NCBI GenBank assembly: GCA_002269645.1
Contig: NIVC01000619.1
Span: 1 to 64,000, forward strand
From: Macrostomum lignano
Taxonomy: Eukaryota
Reading direction: 5' to 3'
Length of the DNA: 64,000 nucleotides
Shown here in pieces: positions 46,912 through 61,163 of this stretch. The position numbers and the translations under genes were made by a program. Under the pieces are notes generated by a model, which did not search any database, was not told the origin of the DNA, and saw only the letters and a list, made by a program, of their open reading frames with translations. Each line of letters opens with the position of its first letter. Position 1 is the first letter of the stretch.

Positions 46912-48742
46912 TTTTGACTCGCGCTGGGTTTTTATCAATCAATCAAAATTCCCGTTTGAACCTACATGCCCGGATGCCTCTAGTCTCAGTGCTCTCGGGT
47001 AACAGGAACTTCGCGCCTGCACCAGCCGCTTCAATCCTTCCGCCTTTCTATGCGCACTGCAGCAGAACGGGGCAGACTGCCTAGGCTGCGGGATGTGTTC
47101 CTCTCTGCCCTTGAAGAAAAACTTCAAGCCTGTGTCTCTCTCCCTATCTCTCTGTATTTTTACTTGCTTCAGTAAAAATTGCATTCTTCTTATTAACCTG
47201 CAGCCCTCTGATACCAATTGCTTTTAATTGGTCCCACTAACGCCATAGAAGGGGTAATATAGTATGCACTGCATAGGCTGGTTGAAGCAAAGCTTTAGCA
47301 ATGGACTCGGGAAATCCGGAAAGCTTCTGGTAGCTGAACTGAGGGACGGGAGCGAACTGAGGTCTGCATGATAAACAAATTTCACTGTACGACTTGCTTC
47401 CCAACTAGATCGACTTGGTTGGAAGCAACAAGGCAGGTGGAAGATCCGTGCGTGTGCGTGCGTTTTGCTACACCGATAGCACCCTGTACTGATTCAAAGT
47501 TCTGTTTTGAAATTTAGTCATTCAATCATGCTGGATTGCATGCATGCATGCTGGACATGACATTGCATTACATACTGGACATAACTGGTACATCAACAGA
47601 TAATCGCCCCCATCAAATGATGCTCATTAGTGACACGCACCACAAGCTATTTGCATAAATAATGATGATGAAGCATGGACTTATCCCAGGCTCCAAATAA
47701 CAGATGCAGTACAGATTTTTTTCTGTTTTTTTCAATAAATTACAAGCCTTAAAACATACTCGTACCTTCCCACTTCTCTACTTCTAGTAGGCATCTTAGC
47801 TTGCTAATCAGACCAGGCCGATGAAATATTTATGCTACAAGGACTGAATTAGCTCGTATGCAAGTTGTGTCACAAGTTGTGGATGAGAAGGTACGCCCCC
47901 GACAATAAATTGGGTGCGCCTGAAGAGAACAGCCTCATAAACATTCATTTAATGAAATGTCGAATTGAGGTTGAGTTGTCATTGTGCACCTATGATAAAA
48001 CTGTCTTCATCATTTCGAAGTTCCCAAAGGCCCGTCAGGCTGTTAATGATGATGATGATGATGAACTCAAAGTTTTCGTACCACCTCGTAAAGGCTGATC
48101 TTACCCATCGAATGCATCAAAATCTTCTGAATTGACAGTCGTTTAACTTGCGAGCTAGACGTAAAATTATAACAAAAGGCCTGCAACTTGGATCTCGCAA
48201 ATGCAGCTGCTCCACGCCCCAATAGGCTGGCAAAAATGTTGGCAGCCCATTCACAACGGCGGTGGCACCCTCCCTCTCACAGCAGGCTTGGCCCCTCTGT
48301 TTCCAATTGAAGCAGTTTCCTATGCAACAACTAACTGTGGTGCTGGCGCCTCACAATGCCACACCCATAATTACGCCACACGATTGAGCCCTCACGATGG
48401 CGCTCCCAAAGACGCGCCCCCAGCAAAAATACTTGGCTACAAAGATCAAACGCTTACCATTGCAGCTGGGTTTGCAAAGTCGCACTGCACAGTAGCCGCT
48501 CCAATTGGACATGATGCGGAGAACTGCACCGACTTCACAGTCTGTTTTCACAGTTTCACAGTTGATAAACTTCACAGTCTAGACTTGAATCAAGATCTGT
48601 CCAGCTTAAGACCGACTTGTTATGTTAGGTACGGTCTCAGAAAGTAAGAATAGGTCGATTTGCGGTTGGATGGATGAATACAGCACATAAGATAGAGTTG
48701 GACTGAACCAATCAGCGTGAGCTTCAGCTTGTCGCTCAGTTT

Positions 48743-50950
48743 ATCTCAGTGCCTGTCTCAGCTTGTCAGTCGAGTTGTATCCTGTGTGTGTCTCAGTGCC
48801 TGCAACAGCTTGTCAGTCGAGTTGTATCCTGTGTGTGTCTCAGTGCCTGCAACAGCTTGTCAGTCGAGTTGTATCCTGTGTGTGTGTCTCAGTGCCTGCA
48901 ACAGCTTGTCAGTCGAGTTGTATCCTGTGTGTGTGTCTCAGTGCCTGCAACAGCTTGTCAATCGAGTTGTATCCTGTGTGTGTGTCTCAGTGCCTGCAAC
49001 AGCTTGTCAGTCGAGTTGTATCCTGTGTGTGTCTCAGTGCCTGCAACAGCTTGTCAGTCGAGTTGTATCTTGTGTGTCTCAGTGCCTGCAACAGCTTGTC
49101 AGTCGAGTTGTATCCTGTGTGTGTCTCAGTGCCTGCAACAGCTTGTCAATCGAGTTGTATCCTGTGTGTGTCTCTGTGCCTGCAACAGCTTGTCAGTCGA
49201 GTTGTATCCTGTGTGTGTCTCAGTGCCTGCAACAGCTTGTCAGTCGAGTTGTATCCTGTGTGTGTCTCAGTGCCTGCAACAGCTTGTCAGTCGAGTTGTA
49301 TCCTGTGTGTGTGTCTCAGTGCCTGCAACAGCTTGTCAGTCGAGTTGTATCCTGTGTGTGTGTCTCAGTGCCTGCAACAGCTTGTCAGTCGACTTGTATC
49401 CTGTGTGTGTCTCAGTGCCTGCAACAGCTTGTCAGTCGAGTTGCATCTTGTGTGTGTCTCAGTGCCTGCAACAGCTTGTCAGCCGAGTTGTATCCTGTGT
49501 GTGTCTCAGTGCCTGCAACAGCTTGTCAGTCGAGTTGTATCCTGTGTGTGTGTCTCAGTGCCTGCAACAGCTTGTCAGTCGAGTTGTATCTTTTGTGTCT
49601 CAGTGCCTGCAACAGCTTGTCAGTCGAGTTGTATCCTGTGTGTGTCTCAGTGCCTGCAACAGCTTGTCAGTCGAGTTGTATCCTGTGTGTGTGTCTCAGT
49701 GCCTGCAACAGCTTGTCAGTCGAGTTGTATCCTGTGTGTGTCTCAGTGCCTGCAACAGCTTGTCAGTCGAGTTGTATCTTGTGTGTCTCAGTGCCTGCAA
49801 CAGCTTGTCAGTCGAGTTGTATCCTGTGTGTGTCTCAGTGCCTGCAACAGCTTGTCAATCGAGTTGTATCCTGTGTGTGTCTCTGTGTCTGCAACAGCTT
49901 GTCAATCGAGTTGTATCCTGTGTGTGTCTCAGTGCCTGCAACAGCTTGTCAGTCGAGTTGTATCCTGTGTGTGTCTCAGTGCCTGCAACAGCTTGTCAGT
50001 CGAGTTGTATCCTGTGTGTGTGTCTCAGTGCCTGCAACAGCTTGTCAGTCGAGTTGTATCCTGTGTGTGTGTCTCAGTGCCTGCAACAGCTTGTCAGTCG
50101 ACTTGTATCCTGTGTGTGTCTCAGTGCCTGCAACAGCTTGTCAGTCGAGTTGCATCTTGTGTGTGTCTCAGTGCCTGCAACAGCTTGTCAGCCGAGTTGT
50201 ATCCTGTGTGTGTCTCAGTGCCTGCAACAGCTTGTCAGTCGAGTTGTATCCTGTGTGTGTCTCAGTGCCTGCAACAGCTTGTCAGTCGAGTTGTATCTTT
50301 TGTGTCTCAGTGGCTGCAACAGCTTGTCAGTCGAGTTGTATCCTGTGTGTGTCTCAGTGCCTGCAACAGCTTGTCAGTCGAGTTGTATCCTGTGTGTGTG
50401 TCTCAGTGCCTGCAACAGCTTGTCAGTCGAGTTGTATCCTGTGTGTGTCTCAGTGCCTGCAACAGCTTGTCAGTCGAGTTGTATCCTGTGTGTGTCTCAG
50501 TGCCTGCAACAGCTTGTCAGTCGAGTTGTATCTTGTGTGTCTCAGTGCCTGCAACAGCTTGTCAGTCGAGTTGTATCCTGTGTGTGTCTCAGTGCCTGCA
50601 ACAGCTTGTCAGTCGAGTTGTATCCTGTGTGTGTCTCAGTGCCTGCAACAGCTTGTCAGTCGAGTTGTATCCTGTGTGTGTCTCAGTGCCTGCAACAGCT
50701 TGTCAGTCGAGTTGTGTGTGTCTCAGTGCCTGCAACAGCTTGTCAGTCGAGTTGTATCTTGTGTGTGTCTCAATGCCTGCAACAGCTTGTCAGTCGAGTT
50801 GTATCCTGTGTGTGTCTCAGTGCCTGCAACAGCTTGTCAGTCGAGTTGTATCCTGTGTGTGTCTCAGTGCCTGCAACAGCTTGTCAGTCGAGTTGCATCC
50901 TGTGTGTGTCTCAGTGCCTGCAACAGCTTGTCAGTTGAGTTGTATCCTGT
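48743..50950. repeat. 45-49-bp satellite (GTCTCAGTGCCTGCAACAGCTTGTCAGTCGAGTTGTATCC + (TG)n), about 47 units
   Basis: Directly visible; the three 700+ aa ORFs are by-products. Confidence 0.97.
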
Positions 50951-51356
50951 AAGTGGCTGCGTACACAGCCTGGCATTGAAACAGGCTCGTCTGTACGGAA
51001 TTGTTAACAAAACAAATAGACAGCAAAGAAGTCAGTTCCAAGTAGAAATATCGCACCTACGAAGTATGTCTTAGACTAGTCATGACCATTTCCATAAACA
51101 GTGACACACTCGACAGAAATGTCCCGGTTTTGATAAAATCTCCGCGACAGACCGGCAGGGATATGCGGAACAGCTTCTCCAGCCCTGAGCGGTGCCGAGG
51201 GAATCGCGTCGGCTCATAATTATGCAGACTCAATAAGCTGGATGCAGACTGTCCCTGGCCTAGCAATGCTGCAAGCTGAATAATTCAATCACCACCGCAC
51301 AGCGGTGTCTGCGCTACTGTTGAAGGCTAATCCTGTGTGCGACAAATCCCTGCATG

Positions 51357-51874
<518 letters not shown>

Positions 51875-52949
51875 AAGTTGGCTAGAAGACTATATTGGTA
51901 ATTAAAGAACACAATAATTTAAAGTCGGATAGAAATGCAAGTCCGACAAGAGATTAAGCTTAAATCCCCAACTTGCACAGCACGGATATTAGGATGGGTA
52001 GTCCGACTCAAATAGCTGCATTTGCACGGAGCTGCCATTTTGTTGAAGCGGATTTGTGCCTAGCAACCGTCAAGATTTTGAGGCAGAATTTTTGGCTAAT
52101 GAGTTACTACTCGTGGCGTATAATTTTTACAAAACTTTCACAAATATAAAACAGATCGATAGTACTATGTCCATAATATTTCAAACCTAAACTTTGGTAA
52201 GCAAATTTTGCTAACAAGCCCTCACATGTATGAACAGCTAGTGGAATAAGTCTTGCAAACATTTTGCTGCTAATAAATTCTAGCCTTGACTTTATAGCGG
52301 CTGATCGATCAAGTGAAGAGCAGCAGGAATATAAATTGGCGATTGAATTTTCAAGTAAGCCTTTTTTTATACATGTACACGGCATGCGGTACGGGCCATG
52401 CAGGGACAGGAATTGCACAGATTCCATACTGGGTTTTCATGTACTTTATATAGCTCGTAATAAAGTAGTGGTTAAAGTCTGGCTTGAATCGCTTTCGCGG
52501 CAATAAAAGTGGCCAATTTGCCAATCTATCTGCATATCGTGGCTTAACGCCTGAGAGCGCCTACAGATGTGACTGTTGTTTTGTGGCAAACCGCACCAAC
52601 TTGTGCTTTTTATAGCTTTCGACTGAATGTACTTGTCACGAAATCATCCTTCTGCAGCATAACAAGTACATGTTCTATGCAGTTTACATTAAAAAGCTTA
52701 CACCTTGTTTTTAATGCTTTCGTTTGTAAGTCGAATTCTACCGATTCGGAATCTATAGCCATGGTTCAGAAGTCCATGTAAATGTCTAGCCATACTGTCC
52801 ATACATCCGTTAATCTTCTCCACGGTTTTCTAATTCGCTCAGCAAACTATTTGGGACTCTTGCAAATGGTGATTAAGGCGACTAAGTATCTCATTTCGCA
52901 GACGAAGAAGTAGCTCGTACTTGGCCGATTTAAACAAACGCGTTATTGA

Positions 52950-53430
52950 GTTGGGGGATGTGTGTCTGCCAGCTAGGTGTCCCAAGCCTCTGTGCCGGCA
53001 TACAGCAGCTAGCTTTGGTCTCCTTGCCAGTGGTTCGACTTTGTATGGGCCAAGGAGTCCTTTTCCGAGATAGGGCTCAAGCTCAGAATCGGGAGGCAAT
53101 TTGCTCTCTAGATTACTATGAGTAGTAGGCTGCCACCACCGATTAAAAGAGGACATGCAGCCACCTTATGTAGCTTGATTGCACTGTAGCACTAGCCTCC
53201 GCTTTAGGTACGAGAGAAATGATGAAATTCTCTGGATAGACTTCTCCCAGATTTCCCTGGGGACAACCCCAATTTTTATCAATGCAGAAGTCAAAAGACC
53301 TCCAGAGGTCAAAGACCAAGTTTTTAGGCCATAACACATGGTTGTATGTAAATAAACTTTTGCGAACGGAACGGCAATATTGTTTAAGATCAAATTGTGC
53401 CTTGATTAAAAAATATTTCAAACTCATTCG
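52950..53430 (-). mobile_element. Degenerate RTE-like LINE 3' fragment
   Basis: MCYGLKTWSLT (cf. LLYGSETWTLT), EIWEKSIQRIS, GLGHLAGRH; frame-disrupted. Confidence 0.4.
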
Positions 53431-53644
53431 GAAATTCAATATCTCCACCACCAGCCTCCGCTCCAGTCTCTCTGCTCCAGTAGTGTCAGGTTGTTAATGT
53501 AGGTTGTTAATTAGGTTGTTACCTGTAGGTTGATGCATGGTCTAGGAATAGAATTCAAAATAGATGGAAGCAAATTTATGTAGCATTTCCAGTATAAGAA
53601 AGGGTGTATTGACACCATATACATGTATATTGATGCGTGCACAG

Positions 53645-53969
53645 CAGGGGCGTCGCGATTGGATTTTATGGTGGGGGGACAAAAGCTAAGAATTCTACAT
53701 GTACATGATATGTACTTGACTATTCCTACATGTACATTATTTTCGGAATTGGTGTTGTCAGCGCTTATTTCATGGCGCCGCAGGCGCTATGTTTTGTCGC
53801 CTAGAAGCAAAATTATTGATTGATCCATAACGGGTCCATACGTTTACTTTAGTCGTCCTTGGTCTTAATAAGGTGGGGGGAAACAAAGCATTGGCATTTC
53901 CCCATAACTTTTACTGGGGGGGGGGGGCATATCCCTCCTGCCCCCCCCCCCCCGGTGGCGACGCCCCTG
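53645..53969. mobile_element. MITE with CAGGGGCGTCGC terminal inverted repeats
   Basis: 12-bp TIR pair; no clear TSD. Confidence 0.65.
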
Positions 53970-53990
53970 TGTGTGCGATTCAACTATAGC

Positions 53991-54149
53991 TAGGCGCGTA
54001 GCTAGGATTCACGTCAGGCCCAGGGGGACAGACATATGAATCCATCTCCGATGGAAGCAATGGAAGCAAGATACAAAGGCAGTAAGAAAATTCCCCCCCC
54101 CCTTTAGGGGGGACATGTCCCCAGTGTCGCCACCTTGGCTACGCCCCTG
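53991..54149. mobile_element. Small MITE (AGGCGCGTAGC / GCTACGCCCCTG ends)
   Basis: Imperfect TIR; no clear TSD. Confidence 0.45.
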
Positions 54150-55228
54150 TGCAGTTGTTGTAGTAAATTAATGCAATTAAGGCAAATTTATTTACATTAA
54201 TTACATTTTCTAGTTACATTTTTACTTTTTGTCGAGTCCAACCTCGTAATAAATTACATGTAGCCAAATTTATTTTTTCATAGCTTCTGTAACTATTTCG
54301 AGCAAATAGGCAAAAGTCTAACATTTTGTTTGGTATATTCTAGGTAAACATTTCTCCGAAAAGAGAACAAAAAGCTTTCGCCGAAATGACTCACCTTCGC
54401 TAAATGTTGCTAATTTGCTTATTTTAGGACCGTAAATTTTGTTCTGGATGATGTGACAAGACCTAGCTAGCCAATAAATTTATACGGTTCCTTTTCTGGT
54501 TTATTTGTAAGCCTAGTCTATTGTTTCCTCAATATAAGGCTTATATTAAGTACCTAAAGTCCTATGTTCCTCCTTAGTTATACATGTATGCGTGACGTAT
54601 TGGACCTATTTATTATTTTCTGGGCCTGGCCTGCCGCGTATGTAGGCCCTAGTTATTTAAATTCTTAGTTTTTAAATAAATATAGTTGCAACGCCGCGCT
54701 AAAAATCATATGCAGCTGTTTTTTTATGCCAGCAATTCATGCGGTGTAAGACTAGGCATAAGATGGCCATATACACACAGTCACACACACCAAGATCAAG
54801 ATGGCCACAATATTGAATCTTTATTATTAGCCTAGGCCTGCCTACTCCTACTCAGAGTATTATTAGTACTATTGTTAATCCATATTTTGCAAACTAAAAA
54901 CTAATAGCTATTGTTATATTATTAAACTATTTATTATGTTTAATCAATCATATTCATAATTGATTAATATTGATACAATTATTACAATAACAAATTTCAA
55001 ACTAATTAGGACTAGGACTACCTAATTATAATACAAAAACTTTCATCTTTTTTAATGTTTATGCCAATTTATTCCCTATCATTACATCTATCAAATCTAT
55101 TAGTATTACTATCTATCAGCTTATTAAGAATTATATCATTGCCAGTGCTAGTGGTAATGCTATGCAAAAATATAATTAATATGCAATAGCAATAGTGTAT
55201 TTGTTTTATATGCCTACTAGACTACTTG

Positions 55229-55869
55229 TAGTGATGGATTGAAATTCAATTTCGATTTCGATATTCCAAATTTTGAAACTAATTTTGCATTGAAATAATT
55301 TTGATTTCAATTTCGAATTTCAACACCATTCATCAAAAATCATTTCAAAATTTTGGTTATATTTTAACAATTTAGACATTAATGATCATGCTACATGAGA
55401 AAGAAAATCTATAGGAAGTAAAAAGAAGTGCAGTTCAAAGACTTAGTGGGAAAGTGAGAATCGCCTTTTCTACAAGAAAGATTATCTGGGGCACACAGTG
55501 TTCCAGGCCTTGTGCTGCACCCACCTCAACCTCTACAAGCCCACTGGCTGAACTCATCGGCGTGGATTTTAATTGGCTAAAGACTTATGAAATTGATATA
55601 AGTATAATACAACTTCTACTATATTTCTATGTACGAGTATATAATACATAATACACTAGCATTTTCTATTTTGTATTTTTAAAGTTAAGTTAAATCTTAA
55701 GTATTCTGGTTTAAACATATCAAATATACTTTTTATAAAACATGTAAGCTCATGCATGCAGAGGCAAGGTGTTAACCTTTTTGCATGATTAGTGAAAAAG
55801 TAAAAATTTGTTAAGCTCAAAAATTTCGATTTCAATTTTGATTTGAAAAATAATTTCGATCCATCACTA
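55229..55869. mobile_element. hAT-type MITE
   Basis: TIR TAGTGATGGATTGAAATT / AATTTCGATCCATCACTA; perfect 8-bp TSD ACTACTTG. Confidence 0.85.
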
Positions 55870-57968
55870 ACTACTTGTATTATTTAATAGATAAAACATT
55901 ATAGGTTAGGCACTACAATACATATAGGCCTATTAAAATTGGTCTATTGATAAATAAATAGGTATATGGGTTATGTGAGTACTATACTCTGGATCATGTA
56001 GTATATGCCCAAAAATTTGGGCATGCATTAGCCTTGCATGCTAAATGTCAGCATGCATAGGCCTAGTTGGCCTACATCACTCCTAAGAAAATAACGTGCG
56101 TGCATAACCTGGCATGCATTTCACTTCATAGAATCACGCAGAAGAGTTATTGTAAAGTAGAAGAAATATAAAAAAGGGTTCATTTTAAGTGCAATTTTAA
56201 GCTTTCCATGTTTTTAAGCTCATTAAAAAGCATTTAAAGAAATATTTGCATGTATCAATTTTTACTGTTAATAATATTGTCAAAAAAGCAGAAAAATTAA
56301 CTAAATAATTTGCCAAAATGGTTCCTTATGCAATTCAAAAAAGGTCATTTATTGTCGCAACATCAGCGTAGTTTTGAAAATGGGCATACACTCAATTTTT
56401 TAGCAAGCATTTATAATTATTTGATTTTTTGGGCATTTATTAGAGGCAGGAGGATTGTGTGCACTCTGGCGCACTTTAAGCGACATAGGCACACAACCCG
56501 CGAGAGGCATTACTGCACATTCTGCCGACTCCCCTGAGCTAGCATATAAGCGTGCGGATATGTACGCAGGCACACACTCACACAGGAATGTATAGTAGCC
56601 CTAACTTTGTTTTATTGTTAGGCATGTACACTTCACTATGCCTTGGGGGTTGGCTCTAATATAGCATCTATATTCCTAAGACTTAAAGATCTATACCTAA
56701 TACAAATTGCTACCAATAAAAAATAAATGAAATATATAGACTTAGGCTTAATATTAGACCTTATCTATTTAAACATTTAGAGCTGTGGCCTCATATACCA
56801 TTTATAGCCTAGGGTCTACTAATCCATTTTTATTAATTTTTGTATTAGGCTTAGGCATTTATGCCAATGCTATTTTTTTTTTTAGTATAACTAGGCCTAT
56901 AACTAAATGGACTAGGCTTATAGGTACAAGATCATGCTATTAGTAAGAAAAACAAATTTATCATTATATGCTTTATCTAATGAGATATTTTTTTGTTTAG
57001 TGACATGTTTTAAAATATAAGTGGCATCATCAGGCAATGAATATTGATAGATTAAACAAAATTGTGCAAAAATATAAGTCAATAAGTGAAAGTGGATAAA
57101 GGTAATAAGCAGCAAGAGCTTGTAGCACTAGGGGTATGTGCCTTTGAAAATAAGTCCATTTGTCACAATGCATTATGCCCCTTGAATTTTCAAGTTTTAG
57201 ATACCCCCATTTTAGTGCTTAGTAATAGCTAATATCTAAAATTTTTAGTGCTTTTTATGATTTTAGGCCATAATTCAGTATGTGATTACTAGTATAAAAT
57301 AATATAATGATACAATGAATAATATTATATAAAATAATATAATGAATAAAATAATGTTCCTATGCTCTATGCCATGCCTAATGCCTTCCTTAAAATATTA
57401 GGCTCCATTGCCCCTAGTAAAGGCTAACAAAAGTGGTGATAGGTGATTGCACAGAATAAGAAAATACTGGTCAAAAAACCTTTAAGTGTACATTATTGCC
57501 TCTGTTAAATAGCCGGCTATTGAGAGTAGGTTTAAGCTATATATAATGCTTCTAAAGCTAGTGGTTTTCCACTGTATTTATGCCTGTCTTTGTTTTTGTT
57601 TAAATTTAATTGTGGCTTTGCCAATGAATGATAAAGTATGATTGATCATATTTTATTTAGCACTTAATGAATCATGGTATTCTTTTGTTTTGAGCTAAAC
57701 TTTTAGTTGATAAAGTAGTACACAAAGGTAAAATTATTATTACTTATTATTACTTAAAGTAGGGGTAGGCAACTTCTAGCAAGAGCAAGAGCCAAATAAC
57801 CAAATTTTTAAAGGGCTCAGGGGCCAATAACAATCCATATAAAGAAGTGAAATACCATAATTGCATCATGTCAGTTTGAAAAAGAATACATTTTTTTCTG
57901 GGCTTTTAACCTAGGATAGGGATAATAAAGAGAGAATGTAGAGTGAAAGCCCAGGGGGCAGATGCAAT

Positions 57969-58262
57969 CATACATGCGCAACAGTTGGCCGAGTCGGCCA
58001 ATCCGGCCGACCAATTTGGTGGCCAACCAAGGAAGTCGCAAAAATGCCCACCTAAAATACCGAAGTAGTAGTACTAATTAGCTGACGAGGCATTTTGACT
58101 AAATAAGACAGTCATAGTTACTCTTGCCGTTTACCCAAAGTTGCGTTAATTTTGCTTAATGGTTTTCTTACATGTAAGTCGCATTTTTGGCCAAAAACTA
58201 CGTCGCATTTTGTTAAAACTAAGTCGCATGGCCAACCGAATTTTGGAGGTTGCGCATGTATG
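57969..58262. mobile_element. hAT-type MITE upstream of the phosphatase gene
   Basis: Perfect 14-bp TIR CATACATGCGCAAC; perfect 8-bp TSD GATGCAAT. Confidence 0.85.
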
Positions 58263-58816
58263 GATGCAATACTAGTTCATCAAGGACCTTGGGAGCTGGA
58301 TTAGAAAGCTTTAAAGGCTGGATCTGGCCTTGGGACTAGAGGTTGCTGATGCCTGACTTAAAGCAATATAAAACACTTGATGATTTACTAAAGCCTATTT
58401 AAAAGACTGTTATAAATAAATTCACTATCTTCATAGATTACATCAAATATCTTTTTCTTTTTGAATTTTCCTATTAATTTATTTGAATATTTTTAGTTTT
58501 GTCATAATTAACTATCTTAACCTCCCAATGTATATATTAAAAACTAAAACTCTGTCTTTTTTTATAAGCATTACTACAATAAAATGAATGTCCCTACTAT
58601 TTATAACTCCAAGAAATGTCCCAGTTTGTACTGAATGGTCCCAAATGGTAATATTTGAAGGTTATTTATCTTAATTAAAATAACGACTAAAACATTATTG
58701 CTGGGGCATGGGTCAGGTATAACAATGATTGAGTATTGCAGACAATAACCTAGGCATAATCTGTCCCTTCAGCCAATCGCTGCATTCCAATTGCATTGGC
58801 CAGCGCACCAGAGACA

Positions 58817-59191
58817 ATGGACTCAGACTGCACCAGCAACAATCTGGACAAACAGATTGAAAAGCTTCGCCGATGCGAGCTGATTACGGAGGCCGAGGTC
58901 AAGGCTCTGTGCGGCAAAGCTAGAGAAATCCTCATTGAAGAGTCCAATGTGCAGTGCGTTGACGCCCCAGTCACAGTCTGCGGCGACATCCACGGCCAGT
59001 ACTACGACCTCAAGGAGCTCTTCAGCCACGGCGGGGATGTGCCCGACACGAACTACCTGTTCCTTGGCGACTTTGTCGATCGCGGCTTCTACTCGGTTGA
59101 GACGTTCCTGCTGCTGCTGGCGCTGAAGGTGCGGTATCCCGACCGCATCACCCTGATCCGGGGCAACCACGAGAGTCGCCAGATAACTCAG
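58817..59191 (+). CDS. PPP4C: Serine/threonine-protein phosphatase 4 catalytic subunit, coding exon 1
   Basis: GDIHGQ, GDFVDRG, RGNHE PPP motifs; CAG|GT donor, phase 0. Confidence 0.93.
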
Positions 59192-59574
59192 GTTTGAAGG
59201 GCAATAATTTCAACTCGAAATTGATTTTCTCCGGTCAGAAAAGTTTCTAGGTATTCTCGAAAAGCTAGAAAATTAAATCTGAACCAATTTTCATCTTTTA
59301 ATATATCTTGCCTGTCTTTTAGCTCCATTGATATTTATAGAGCATTTTTAGAATAAAAGGCTTAAATTATATTAGGCTAATACAGGCCATATTAATGAGA
59401 AAAGTGGAGCCTAGTCAATATTGTCTCATTTTTCTGATTGCTTGTACTCGTATTATTCTAGTTAAAATTCAAATTTTTTTACACATTCAATAAGCTGAGC
59501 ATTACGAAATAGATTCATAAATCAAGCTGTCATTTTTTATTTTAGACACAGGGCATGTACGTAGGATATAAAAT

Positions 59575-59917
59575 AAAAATAAAGGCAGCTAAAACAACTT
59601 TGATAAGTTTAGAAGCCCAAGCTTGCAGGCGTAAACAACTTGCTAATTGGTTCAGCAATGATGTACATTGGCCAGTCTACTGAAATGTACATGGCAGCTT
59701 TAGGCTGGAAGTCCGAGAAAGGCAATAAAAATTGGGGTGGGGCGGGAGTAGTGTGGAAAGGCGCGGTCGGGGGGGGTTTAAGCTGGGGGTAAGAGCCAAT
59801 AAATGAGCCTTGGCTTTAAAAATACATTAAAATGCTTCTGTTTAACTTACTACTTAACTGAAAGTAGCTCACACGCAAATGTGCTGAGTGGCCCAACTAG
59901 TTATTCTAGTATCTGTG
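59575..59917. mobile_element. Intronic MITE (P-like TIR end TAGTATCTGTG), inverted relative to the copy in intron 2
   Basis: Reverse complement matches 60674-60985; terminus resembles the TIR of 39951-41381. Confidence 0.65.
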
Positions 59918-59981
59918 GATAAAACCGGCCTCCCAAAGTAGTTGCTACTGCAGCAAAGCTGACCTCGAACCCCTTGTCAAG

Positions 59982-60296
59982 GTGTACGGTTTCTACGAAG
60001 AGTGCAACCGCAAGTACGGCTCCTCCACAGTGTGGCGCTACTGCACCGAAATATTCGACTACCTCAGCCTCTCCGCCATCATTGACGGCAAGATTTTCTG
60101 CGTCCACGGCGGCCTCAGCCCGTCAATCAGCACCCTGGACCAGATTCGGGCCATCGATCGCAAACAGGAGGTGCCGCACGACGGCGCCATGTGCGACCTG
60201 CTCTGGTCGGACCCTGAGGACACCCTCGGCTGGGGCGTGTCGCCTCGCGGCGCCGGCTTCCTGTTTGGCTCGGATGTGGTGGCGCAGTTCAACCAG
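59982..60296 (+). CDS. PPP4C: Protein phosphatase 4 catalytic subunit, coding exon 2
   Basis: VYGFYEEC...HGGLSP...DLLWSDP...SPRGAG; AG acceptor and GTGAG donor, phase 0. Confidence 0.93.
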
Positions 60297-60673
60297 GTGA
60301 GGCATTGAGCGCGATTTTATACTACTGTCTATTCAGTAGATAGTTGTAGATGAATTTAGTTGCACCCTGACCTCTATTGCTCCTGTGTACTTTGCATTGA
60401 ACACATGAGCGCTTTTGGGAAAAATTAGGACTTTCTGGCAGAATCGTTGAATATCTCGACGGTCCGAAGGATTGCTGACTTGATTCTTGCTTGAGAAGGT
60501 GCGCAACCAAGCTTAGGCAATTTTCTTTAATTGGCCTACCGCAAGTTGGCCTACCACCTGCTTCTTGTTCTTGCGCGCCTTGGGTCGAATTGTCGCTGGC
60601 GTTTGTGTGCCTGCGCTGCTCCGTTACGCCGGTTATGCTGCAGCAAAACATCGTAATGGCTTGGTATTATATA

Positions 60674-61084
60674 CACAGATTCTAGAATAACTGGATGGGC
60701 CTCAGCACATTTGCGTGTAAGCTACTTTCAGTTCAGTAGTAAGTTAAACAGAAGCATTTTATGGTATTTTTTAAAGCCAAGGCTCATTTATTAGCCCTTT
60801 CCACAGTACCCCCGCCCGCCCCAATTTTTATTGCCTTCCTCAGACTTCCAGCCTAAAGCTGCCATGTACATTTCAGTGGACTGGCTAATGTACATTATTG
60901 CTGAACCAATTAGCAAGCTGTTTACGTCTGCAAGCTTGGGCTTCTAAACTTATCAAAGTCATTTTAGCTGCCTTTATTTTTATAAAAAAGCTTATATTCT
61001 TCTTTGCTACTGAACTGAAAGTAGAAAGCTGATTTACTAAGTATATATTCCTGAGTGGCCCATCTAGTTATATTAGTATCCGTA
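60674..61084. mobile_element. Intronic MITE with both P-like TIRs
   Basis: CACAGATTCTAGAATAACTGGATGGGCC ... GGCCCATCTAGTTATATTAGTATCCGTA; GTATTATA on both sides (offset 2 nt on the left). Confidence 0.65.
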
Positions 61085-61163
61085 GTATTATACAGCTGTA
61101 TCCTGCGCTCAGAGTCTCATCGTCGAAATTTCCGTCGAAGTCTACTTATCCGTACCCTTACAG

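Noticed and set aside
48743-50950. CRISPR-like look (constant repeat with variable linker)
   Set aside because: Linkers are only (TG)n, there are no unique spacers or cas genes, and the context is eukaryotic.
48717-51074. Three 729-785 aa Cys-rich ORFs
   Set aside because: Translation of a stop-free satellite, cycling through frames.
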